Below are positions 1 through 8,997 of a stretch of 20,000 nt of DNA, one piece after another. The DNA comes from Gemmatimonadota bacterium (GTDB lineage: Bacteria > JBHIER01 > G020348925). The position numbers and the translations under genes are program-made. The notes below the pieces were generated by a model. That model worked only from the letters and a program-made list of their open reading frames with translations. It did not search any database and had not been told where the DNA came from. The stretch covers positions 5,017,918 to 5,037,917 of the forward strand of contig CP070758.1 in the NCBI GenBank assembly GCA_020348925.1. The letters run 5' to 3'. Position 1 is the stretch's first letter. Every line of letters starts with the position of its first letter.

Positions 1-2301
1 GATTTCGAGTACCCCCTGGGCAGCAACGCGGAGTTACACAGTCAGTCCCCGAGAGCCGTTATAGAGGCTTTGAAGGCGGAGGGATATGAGGGGCATGTTT
101 CAGGAGTTTTCTGGGCAAATTTCAGATATCATTTCATCTCTGAGGACAATCATGTCGAAGACGGGTATGTCGTCCTGGATGGTGCCCTCGCGTATCCCAA
201 GTTTACGACGGAAAACGGTCACAGAATCGACCTGAAGCGCGGTCTGTGGAACGGGAGCGGTTACGAGGACCGGGTGCGGTTCATGAACATGCCGGTCCTG
301 AAGGATCATGGCATCTTCGGTGTCACGGCCTCTTCGAAAAATTATATGGGAGTTCCGACCGTGGACTACCGCACCATCGATCACTCCATTTTGAATGAAT
401 CCGGCTATCTGGGACGGATGATGGTTCATATTCGATATCCTGATCTCAACATCATCGATGCCATTTACGTGAATGCAGCGAGCGGTGGACCCTACACGTC
501 GTACGACATGGCGACGAATCTCAATATTCTTCTGGCCGGTACGGATCCCGTCGGTCTGGATTATTTTGCCGGCAAATACGTTCTGTCTCCTGTCAGCGGT
601 CGTCCGAATCACCATCCCGATGCGGAGGGCATATTCCGCGAGTATCTCCAGTCCACGGCGGATACCCTGAGGGGTCATGGTTTTCAACCGGTCATGGGCG
701 ACAGCGCACTCAACGTCTACGTCGCCAATCTGTCCGAGAGGCCGAATCTCGCCTATCTCGGTTTTCGCATGGACGATACGGATGGGAACGGCAACGGGGA
801 ACTGAATCGGGGCGAAACGGCCGATCTTATCGTCTCTCTGGAAAACGAGTACTTCGGTGCCGCGGCTTCCGGGATTGTTGCCACCCTCTTTACTGAGGAT
901 CAAGAAATAACGGTGGTGGATAATGCCGCAACTTTCGATAATATCTCGGCTAAGGAGGTCGGTGACAATGCGGCCGATCCCTTCGTGATTCGTGCCAATG
1001 ATGAATGTTCCCCCCACTGGGCTGAGGTGTCGATGATTGTGGAGACGGACGGAGGATATGTCGATACCCTCCAATTCTCTATTCCTGCGGGCGATCCGGT
1101 CATTTTACTTGTGGATGATGACGGAGGTGAGCAGATCGAAGACTTTTACGAGGATGCTTTCCGGAGGAGCGGATACATCTACAGTTATCTGAATCGCGGT
1201 GCGAAAGCACTGCCCATCTCTTCGGACGACTACCGGACGATCGTATGGTTTACGGGCGCCTGCAGCGAAAGTACGCTCACAGCGGAAGATCAAGCCTTTT
1301 TGGCTTCCACTCTCGACAGCGGCGGCTCTCTCTTTCTCTCAGGGCAGAACATCGGCTATGATTTAGTAGAACAGCGGTATGGGCCTGATTTTTATTCAGA
1401 GTATCTTCATACCGAATATATCGGCGATGCGGTCGAGGAGTCTTTTCTGTGTGGAGTTCAAGGGGATCCCATCTCCGGTGCGTTCACATTTTTCTCTATT
1501 GACGTGGATCAAACTTCTCCCAGTGTTCTTGCGCCGCGTGACGGTGCCAGTCCAGTATTGGTCTATCAAATTTCTCGGGACACGGCGGGTATCAAATACG
1601 AGGGGGATCACAGGGTCGTCTATTTTGGGCTGGGATTTGAGGGGATGGGGGCGCTGAGTGGATCTGATGAGGAGATGCGGAAGACATTGCTCCAAAATAT
1701 TATACGGTGGTTCGACTACGTGCCCACACAAGGGGACGTGACCCAGGACGGTGGTGTTGATATCCTGGATGTGCTGGCCACGGTGAACATCATTTTGGGA
1801 TTGATGCAGCCGACACCCACCCAGAGCTGGGCGGCCGATTGCACTGCTGATGGCCTCGTCAATATTATCGACGTGGTCGGCATCGTGAACGTGGTCCTCG
1901 GCCTCGGAACCTGCCCGCCAACGGGCGCAGTGAGATTGTCCCCGGTCGCCGTTGGGTACTTACAACGGCTTCAGTCCTACCTGTCGTCGGATGATTTTGC
2001 CCTTCTCATGTCGATGGCTGCGGGGTTGAACGGGCCGGCGGACTACCGGCTTTCGCAAAACTATCCCAACCCCTTCAATCCCAGAACGTCCATTGCCTTT
2101 ACCCTTCCCAGCACCGCGGAAGTCCGTTTGACCGTGTACAACATTTTAGGTCAAGAGGTGGACGTTTTGGTCGACGGTCGATTGGAATCCGGATCCCACG
2201 CGGTTTCGTGGGATGCTCGTGATATGGCCAGTGGGGTGTATTATTACCGGCTCACAGCAACCGGCTACACGGAAACCAAATGTATGCTTCTGATGAAGTG
2301 A
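1..2301 (+). CDS. 5'-partial modular protein: DUF362 domain + Ig-like/GATase-like domains + dockerin-like module + T9SS/FlgD-type C-terminal sorting domain
   Basis: Frame 1 is open from base 1 (DFEYPLGSNAE...), so the TTG at 70 is not the true start. DUF362-type motifs MNMPVLKDH, GVTASSKNYMG and DPVGLD are present. The middle has DGNGNGELNRGETADLIVSLEN and ILLVDDDGG...IVWFTG...GGSLFLSGQNIG. A dockerin-like duplicated Ca-loop lies at ~1732-1920, followed by the [14 protein letters not shown]...SGVYYYRL...KCMLLMK. Confidence 0.85.
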   Translation, partial: DFEYPLGSNAELHSQSPRAVIEALKAEGYEGHVSGVFWANFRYHFISEDNHVEDGYVVLDGALAYPKFTTENGHRIDLKRGLWNGSGYEDRVRFMNMPVLKDHGIFGVTASSKNYMGVPTVDYRTIDHSILNESGYLGRMMVHIRYPDLNIIDAIYVNAASGGPYTSYDMATNLNILLAGTDPVGLDYFAGKYVLSPVSGRPNHHPDAEGIFREYLQSTADTLRGHGFQPVMGDSALNVYVANLSERPNLAYLGFRMDDTDGNGNGELNRGETADLIVSLENEYFGAAASGIVATLFTEDQEITVVDNAATFDNISAKEVGDNAADPFVIRANDECSPHWAEVSMIVETDGGYVDTLQFSIPAGDPVILLVDDDGGEQIEDFYEDAFRRSGYIYSYLNRGAKALPISSDDYRTIVWFTGACSESTLTAEDQAFLASTLDSGGSLFLSGQNIGYDLVEQRYGPDFYSEYLHTEYIGDAVEESFLCGVQGDPISGAFTFFSIDVDQTSPSVLAPRDGASPVLVYQISRDTAGIKYEGDHRVVYFGLGFEGMGALSGSDEEMRKTLLQNIIRWFDYVPTQGDVTQDGGVDILDVLATVNIILGLMQPTPTQSWAADCTADGLVNIIDVVGIVNVVLGLGTCPPTGAVRLSPVAVGYLQRLQSYLSSDDFALLMSMAAGLNGPADYRLSQNYPNPFNPRTSIAFTLPSTAEVRLTVYNILGQEVDVLVDGRLESGSHAVSWDARDMASGVYYYRLTATGYTETKCMLLMK

Positions 2302-2423
2302 GTCAGTATATGCACAGGAGTGTGAGGCGCGAGATGTTTACTGGGGGATGTGCGAAGGTTTCGAGGGAACAAGTATTTCCTCAGGCAGAGATATGATTCG
2401 ATTTTTGAGAGAAAGGAGACCTC

Positions 2424-5363
2424 ATGAGAACGCATTCGATTCTTCTGAGCGTTACTATTGTATTGGCGATGCTCACAGTGTCCTTCAGCGTGGCCCAAAT
2501 CGTTTTCACCAAACACACCATTGAACAAGACTTCGATTACGCATTTGGGATCTACGCGTGTGATGTTGATCGGGACGGCGACATGGATGTTTTGGGGGCA
2601 GCCCTGGATGACAGCGAAATATCCTGGTGGCGGAACGACGGAGGTACTCCGATCCTCTGGACAAAACAGATTATTGATGGAAATTTCGACGGCGCGACGT
2701 CCGCCTTTGCCACGGATGTCGATGGTGATCTTGATGTTGATGTTCTGGGTTCTTCCTGGTACGGTCAGGAGATTGCCTGGTGGCGTAACGACGGCGGTGA
2801 TCCGATAACCTGGTCGAAGACGACAATACGAAGCGGATATGACTTTGCCCATGAGGTCTATAGTTATGACCTTGATGAGGACGGCGATGCCGATGTACTG
2901 GGTGCTTCCACGAATCTGAGCAGAATATCCTGGTGGCGGAATGATGGCGGTGATCCGATCACGTGGGTTGAACAGACGATAGGGGTTGGATTTACCGGCG
3001 CGAAGTCGGCTCGTGCTGCGGATATTGATGGTGACGGCGACCTGGATGTGATTGGTGCAGCTATCCAGGCTGATGAGGTGACCTGGTGGCGGAATGACGG
3101 CGGGGATCCGATCCAGTGGACGGAATTTGTTATTGATAATCATTTCGACGGAGCGCACAGAGTCGAGATATGCGACCTGGATGAGGACGGGGATTGTGAT
3201 GTCGTGGGTACCGCAATTTTTGGTCATGAAATTGCGTGGTATGAGAACAGTGGTGGCGATCCCGTTGTGTGGGCAAAGCAAACGATAACCGAAGGATTTT
3301 TAAATGCCTGCATCGGTCTGCCGACCGACGTGGACCTGGATGGGGATGTTGATATTGTGGGGACAGCCCAGCTTGGTGACGAGGTGGCCTGGTGGCGGAA
3401 TGACGGCGGCGATCCCATTGTCTGGACGAAGTGTATGATCGACGATGATTTCGACGGGGCCTGGCCCGGTTATGCGTGCGATCTGGACGGCGACAGTGAT
3501 ATCGATGTCGTGGCTGGGGCCAGCTTCGGCGATGAGGTGGCCTGGTGGGAGAATGGTCTCTACGGTGCTCTTTTTCAAACTGAGGTTACGTCCGGCCACG
3601 CACCACTCACCATCGGCTTCACAAACCTTTCCAATGCCGATCCCCCGCTCACATCCTGGTTATGGGATTTCAATAGTGATGGTACTGTGAACTCCCAGGA
3701 GGAGAATCCGACGTGGACCTACACGGAACCCGGAATCTACTCCGTCTCCCTGGAGGTGTCCAACGGTTCTGTCACGTACAGGCGATTTCGAGAGAACTAT
3801 ATCCATGTTTTCGACGGCGAAAGCGCCCTTGCCTTTGACGGTCAGGATTCCTACGCCTCGTGTCCCGCAGTACCGGATCTTAACGTCACCGCAGCGTTTA
3901 CGATAGAGGCCTGGATTAATCCCGCCGACTGGGGAGAATTTCCCAGTCTCGGGCTGGGCAGAATCATCGACAAAAGATCCATCTCCTTGTTTCTTGTTGA
4001 TTCATACTTGTCATTTCACAGGCATAGTCTGCTTTTACAACTTGTGCATGAAAACGGTAGTGTGAGCTATTCGAACACGCCGGACGAATCGATAGCGCTT
4101 GACGCATGGCAGCATATTGCAGTGACATTTAATGGTCAAAGTGTTGTAAAAGCATATATAAATGGTATTGAACAAACAGTCACTCACGTGCATGAACCTT
4201 CGGGCGTCATCGGAGATAACAGGAACGATGATTTGATAATTGGGAACACGCCTGATCTCGGCTCGGCTTTCCGTGGCATCATCGATGAGATCCGTCTGTG
4301 GGATGTCGCCCGATCTCACGAAGATGTACAAACCTGTATGAATACATACCTGGGGGGAGACGAATTCGGTTTGATGGGGTACTGGCAGATGAACGAGGGC
4401 TGCGGTGAAGCCATTACGGATTTTACTGGTAACGGACATGATGGGATCGTGGTTGACGCTGCTTGGGTTCAGGGTTTTCATCTGACTCCGGTCTCAATTG
4501 ACAGGGACGGAGATGGAGTCATAGATGGTGAGGACAACTGTCCGAACGAGTATAATCCTGGGCAGGAGGACGAAGAGAGTGACGGTGTCGGTGACGAGTG
4601 CGATAATTGCCCGGGTGATCCCAATTTTGACCAAGCTGATGGTGATCGTGATGGCACAGGAGATGTGTGTGATGCCTGCACGGACACTGATGGCGACGGA
4701 TACGGTGATCCCGGTTATCCAACCAGTTCGTGTGATGAAGACAATTGTCCTGCTGTTTACAATCCGGATCAAGCTGATGTCGAAAGAGGCAATATCGATT
4801 GCGCAGGCGGTGTTGATGTTCTCGATGTTCTGAGTGTGGTGAATCACATATTGGGAACGCATCCTCTGAGTGGAGGACCTCTTGATCGCGCTGACTGCAA
4901 CGGTGACGGCGGTGTGAATATTCTTGATGCCCTCGGAATCATTAATGTGATTCTTGGTGTCGGTGAGTGCGCACCAGCCTGGACCGAACTCGTGGTCACT
5001 TCTGAGATGATTCAGTTCTGCGAATCTCTGAAGTCCTATCTTGCAACTGAGGATTTTGCGGAATTCATGACTCTCGTAAAAACCAAGACTCAGATTCCAA
5101 AGGAATATAATCTCGCTCAAAACTATCCCAATCCTTTCAATCCTAAGACAGAGATCCAATTCGGTCTCCCCGAAGCAGCGCGGGTAAAGCTTACGGTTTA
5201 CAACATACTGGGCCAAGAAATTGCAGTATTGGTCGATTCGAGGTTTGACGTCGGATACCATTTCTTGACATGGGATGCCTCTCATATGACCAGTGGCATA
5301 TATTTTTACCGCATAGAGGCGGGAACATTTGTAGCGACGAAATGCATGGCACTCATCAAGTAA
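2424..5363 (+). CDS. Secreted FG-GAP/VCBS 7-bladed beta-propeller + PKD + LamG-like + thrombospondin type 3 repeats + dockerin-like + T9SS-type CTD
   Basis: RBS GAAAGGAG precedes the ATG, followed by a signal peptide (SVA|Q). There are seven DxDxDGDxDV repeats, a PKD domain (GHAPLTIGF...WLWDF...PGIYSVSL), a LamG domain (FTIEAWI...WQHIAVT...GIIDEIRLW), DNCP repeats, [30 protein letters not shown] and the [14 protein letters not shown]. Confidence 0.9.
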   Translation: MRTHSILLSVTIVLAMLTVSFSVAQIVFTKHTIEQDFDYAFGIYACDVDRDGDMDVLGAALDDSEISWWRNDGGTPILWTKQIIDGNFDGATSAFATDVDGDLDVDVLGSSWYGQEIAWWRNDGGDPITWSKTTIRSGYDFAHEVYSYDLDEDGDADVLGASTNLSRISWWRNDGGDPITWVEQTIGVGFTGAKSARAADIDGDGDLDVIGAAIQADEVTWWRNDGGDPIQWTEFVIDNHFDGAHRVEICDLDEDGDCDVVGTAIFGHEIAWYENSGGDPVVWAKQTITEGFLNACIGLPTDVDLDGDVDIVGTAQLGDEVAWWRNDGGDPIVWTKCMIDDDFDGAWPGYACDLDGDSDIDVVAGASFGDEVAWWENGLYGALFQTEVTSGHAPLTIGFTNLSNADPPLTSWLWDFNSDGTVNSQEENPTWTYTEPGIYSVSLEVSNGSVTYRRFRENYIHVFDGESALAFDGQDSYASCPAVPDLNVTAAFTIEAWINPADWGEFPSLGLGRIIDKRSISLFLVDSYLSFHRHSLLLQLVHENGSVSYSNTPDESIALDAWQHIAVTFNGQSVVKAYINGIEQTVTHVHEPSGVIGDNRNDDLIIGNTPDLGSAFRGIIDEIRLWDVARSHEDVQTCMNTYLGGDEFGLMGYWQMNEGCGEAITDFTGNGHDGIVVDAAWVQGFHLTPVSIDRDGDGVIDGEDNCPNEYNPGQEDEESDGVGDECDNCPGDPNFDQADGDRDGTGDVCDACTDTDGDGYGDPGYPTSSCDEDNCPAVYNPDQADVERGNIDCAGGVDVLDVLSVVNHILGTHPLSGGPLDRADCNGDGGVNILDALGIINVILGVGECAPAWTELVVTSEMIQFCESLKSYLATEDFAEFMTLVKTKTQIPKEYNLAQNYPNPFNPKTEIQFGLPEAARVKLTVYNILGQEIAVLVDSRFDVGYHFLTWDASHMTSGIYFYRIEAGTFVATKCMALIK

Positions 5364-5407
5364 AAACTCGACACTAAGATAAGGTCGAAATCGAAAGGAG
5401 GGCAGAC

Positions 5408-8400
5408 ATGAAGGGAACCATGTACTGTATCTCTCTTTTTACACTATTTTGTTTTGAAGTTGTCTCATTTTCGGTGTCTCCTGCATCGAGCGTCGCACAT
5501 CCCTCCAATTCTGAGAAAAGCAAAATAGAGAGAACGAACAGGTTAACTGATAGGGAACTTGATAATCTCATTGCCTTTACACGGCTCATGGGCTATGTTC
5601 GTTATTTCCACCCCAGTGACGAGGTGGCCTCGACCAATTGGGACCTATTTTGTGTTGAAAACATACAGAGGGTGCAAAACGCGGACGATCCTGCAGATTT
5701 AGCGCGACGACTTCAGGGTATATTCAAACCCATTGCCCCATCCCTTCGCGTTTATGAGACCGGAACCTCTCCTTCAGAAGATCCGAATATGATTCCACTG
5801 GAAACAAGTGATTCATTATGGATTACCCAGTGGTATCATTTAGGATTGGAAACCCCTGAATGGGCTGATGTTTTCAGCAGCGAACGGATACGTGAAACGG
5901 CTCCTCATGCGACCGTACCACAGGATTTTCACGATCCCCTGGAGCCTTTTGTTGCAGATCTCGAGGGTTCAGTTACCTGCATGATACCGTTGGCACTTTT
6001 TGTGACTGAACAGGGCACTTTTCCTCCTTCGGAAGTAACAAATCCATGGACTGTAGTTACCGATCCTTCAGACTATTCGGGAAATGATCTGGCCACGCGA
6101 TTTACTGGTGTGGCGACTGTCTGGACTATTTGTCAACATTTCTATCCCTACTTTGATGTTGTCGATACAGATTGGCCAGGGGCGCTCCGTGAAGCACTAT
6201 CCTCTGCTGCCACTGATCAAGATCAAGAGGATTTTCTGTATACGCTTCGATGGCTTGTGGCAATGCTCCATGATGGCCATGGATTCCTCGACCGTTTTCC
6301 ACCGACTACGACTGAATACTATTGTCCTGCTTTCGCCACGGATTGGGTTGGCAATGACCTCATCGTCACCTATGTCGATTCGTTGAGCGTTCCTGAGATT
6401 CACCCAGGAGATCGAATTGATGCCGTGGACGGCGTACCTATCGAGGAAGCCTATGCCGAAGAGGCTCAGTATATTTCCGGGGCAACCCTCCAATATATTC
6501 GTCCCCGGGCAACTCCGCTCATTTTCATGGGCCAGAGAAATACCCCTATCACCCTTGACATTCAACCATACATTGGGGAATCGTTCTCCATTACCCTACT
6601 CCGCGATACACACTATTATTACGAGGGTCTATTAGATGCCGAGCGGCGCACCGAAAAAATCACCTTATTTGGGGCAGATGTATATTACATCGATCTCACC
6701 GCAATTCATTTCAGTGAATTTGAAGCGATTCTTCCAGAACTCCAGAAGGCCCGGGGGATTATTTTTGACCTGCGCGGAGGAGGTATAGGGGTGGGTAGTG
6801 AAAGTACACTTGAATACCTCATAGGCGAACCCGCGCAATCCCCCCAATTGTACATACCTATTGTAACGTATCCAGACAGGGAGCATCTTTCCTTCCTAAA
6901 CGTCAGTTGGACTTTGGATCCTGTAGATCCCGAACACTCTCTGAGCAACGTAAAGAAGGTTTTTCTATCGGATGGTCCCATCGTAAGTGTTGGTGAAACG
7001 TATTTGAGCATCATTAAATACCACAACGTTGCTGATATTGTGGGAGGCCCTACAGGCGGTACAAACGGGCGCTTGAACACGCTTTATCTTCCAGGATTGT
7101 ATTACTTCCAGTGGACTGGTTGGAAAGTGCTCAAACATGACGGATCTCAACATCACGGGGTAGGCATCCTGCCGACCCATCCTGTCTCTCGAACGATTGA
7201 GGGTATCGTAGAGGAAAAAGAAGAGGTCCTTGAATACGCCATGGGCTTAATCGGTATTATCAACGGCCAGGCCGAACCGTATACCGGCCACGCTCCCCTG
7301 ACGGTTCAATTCGATGTCGAGTTTACGCATTTCCACTCACCAATTCATGAGATAGGGTGGGATGTGAATGACGACGGTCTCATCGATGCACAGGAATGCA
7401 GTCCACAATGGACGTACGAAGACCCTGGAACGTATACGGTCCGGTTGGAGGTATACACCGATTCCTCAAAGGCAGAGATCACGTACGAGGATTTCATTCA
7501 TGTCTTCGACGGCGAGAGCGCCCTGCAGTTCGATGGGGGGGAGAGTTCTGTTGAATATCCATCCAGTCCGTCTCTCAATCTCACGGATGCAGTGACCATC
7601 GAAGCATGGATTTATCCAATAAGCTGGGGATCATTTCCCTATCTCGGACTGGGCAGGGTGGTGGACAAAGATGCCATTTCCCTCTACCTCGTCGAATCGT
7701 ATTATCCCTTTCACGATCACAGTCTTGTCTTCGAACTTCGACACCAGGACGGCACGACAAGCTCCACCTATACCCCGGAGCATTCCATCCTTCAAAATGA
7801 ATGGCAGCACATAGCGGTGACCTATGACGGTGAAGAAACCGTCAACATATATATCAACGGTATCGAACAGGCCGTTACCCATACAATGCCCCCTTCAGGA
7901 TCTGTTGAGGACAATATCGAAGAACCGTTACTTTTAGGAAATCTCCCCGATCTGACCAGAGGCTTCGTAGGTTTGATCGATGAAGTTCGCATTTGGAATA
8001 GGGTCCGAAACACCGAAGAGATTCGGGATCAGATGGGTGAATATCTTGAGGGGATCGAAGCGGGTCTGGTGGGATACTGGCGGATGAACGAGGGCAGCGG
8101 TCCCATGGTCTTCGACAGGACCGGCAATAGGAATGACGGTCAGGTGAAAGGTGCGTTGTGGCGGTCGGGCATAAACTTTCATGCCGAGCCATTTGACACT
8201 GACCAGGACGGCACCGTCAACTGGAAGGACAATTGTCCCTGTATTTCGAACGCAGACCAGAAGGACTCGGACGGCGACGGTCTTGGAGATCAATGTGAAT
8301 CGCTGCGCGGCGATGTGGATGGCAATTGCACCTACGATATTTTGGATGTTCTCAGAATAGTGAACATCATTTTGGATCTGCACAATCCGACCGATTACGA

Positions 8401-8908
8401 GCGTGCGGCCGGGGACTGCGACGAAAATGGCCTCTGCAATATTCTTGACGCGATAGGCATCGTCAACGTCGTCCTGGGACTGGGCCAGTGTCCGCCGCAG
8501 GGGTGTAAATCCATACTCACTGCAGAGGGGAAGGCATTTCTTGAGGGATTACGGCCTTACCTGACGGCTGCAGATTTTGAACGATTTATGGTAAAACTGG
8601 AACAAGTTGAGCTCATTCCATCACACTTCGCGTTATATCAAAACTTTCCCAATCCCTTCAATCCCACGACCAGTATTCAGTATACAGTGGTCAGTGATGA
8701 GGCACCTCCACACGTCACTTTGAGGATCTTCAATCTTCTTGGTCAAGAAGTGCGGATCCTCGTTAATGAAGTGAAAGAACCAGGATACTATACAGTAACA
8801 TGGGATGGAAAAGGCGAGAATGGAATAGACGTCCCCAGCGGTATCTATTTTTATCGGTTGAAAACTGAAACATTTGCTGCTATTAGAAAAATGATATTGA
8901 TGAAATGA
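5408..8908 (+). CDS. Secreted S41-family peptidase (PDZ-containing) + PKD + LamG-like + TSP3 + dockerin-like + FlgD/T9SS-type CTD
   Basis: RBS GAAAGGAGG and a signal peptide are present. S41 motifs include GYVRYFHPSDE, HFYPYF, LHDGH, PDZ-like IHPGDRIDAVDG, IIFDLRG, a putative catalytic Ser in IVSVGE, VGGPTGGTNG and HGVGILP. The CTD reads LYQNFPNPFNP...WDGK...SGIYFYRL...KMILMK. Confidence 0.9.
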   Translation: MKGTMYCISLFTLFCFEVVSFSVSPASSVAHPSNSEKSKIERTNRLTDRELDNLIAFTRLMGYVRYFHPSDEVASTNWDLFCVENIQRVQNADDPADLARRLQGIFKPIAPSLRVYETGTSPSEDPNMIPLETSDSLWITQWYHLGLETPEWADVFSSERIRETAPHATVPQDFHDPLEPFVADLEGSVTCMIPLALFVTEQGTFPPSEVTNPWTVVTDPSDYSGNDLATRFTGVATVWTICQHFYPYFDVVDTDWPGALREALSSAATDQDQEDFLYTLRWLVAMLHDGHGFLDRFPPTTTEYYCPAFATDWVGNDLIVTYVDSLSVPEIHPGDRIDAVDGVPIEEAYAEEAQYISGATLQYIRPRATPLIFMGQRNTPITLDIQPYIGESFSITLLRDTHYYYEGLLDAERRTEKITLFGADVYYIDLTAIHFSEFEAILPELQKARGIIFDLRGGGIGVGSESTLEYLIGEPAQSPQLYIPIVTYPDREHLSFLNVSWTLDPVDPEHSLSNVKKVFLSDGPIVSVGETYLSIIKYHNVADIVGGPTGGTNGRLNTLYLPGLYYFQWTGWKVLKHDGSQHHGVGILPTHPVSRTIEGIVEEKEEVLEYAMGLIGIINGQAEPYTGHAPLTVQFDVEFTHFHSPIHEIGWDVNDDGLIDAQECSPQWTYEDPGTYTVRLEVYTDSSKAEITYEDFIHVFDGESALQFDGGESSVEYPSSPSLNLTDAVTIEAWIYPISWGSFPYLGLGRVVDKDAISLYLVESYYPFHDHSLVFELRHQDGTTSSTYTPEHSILQNEWQHIAVTYDGEETVNIYINGIEQAVTHTMPPSGSVEDNIEEPLLLGNLPDLTRGFVGLIDEVRIWNRVRNTEEIRDQMGEYLEGIEAGLVGYWRMNEGSGPMVFDRTGNRNDGQVKGALWRSGINFHAEPFDTDQDGTVNWKDNCPCISNADQKDSDGDGLGDQCESLRGDVDGNCTYDILDVLRIVNIILDLHNPTDYERAAGDCDENGLCNILDAIGIVNVVLGLGQCPPQGCKSILTAEGKAFLEGLRPYLTAADFERFMVKLEQVELIPSHFALYQNFPNPFNPTTSIQYTVVSDEAPPHVTLRIFNLLGQEVRILVNEVKEPGYYTVTWDGKGENGIDVPSGIYFYRLKTETFAAIRKMILMK

Positions 8909-8997
8909 TAACGGTTTTTCTGTCCTGAGGAAAAGAGCCGCAAATGTGATGTATGAATACGATTTTCTTCACCTTAATTTCAGAGAGGAGGTTTCAT

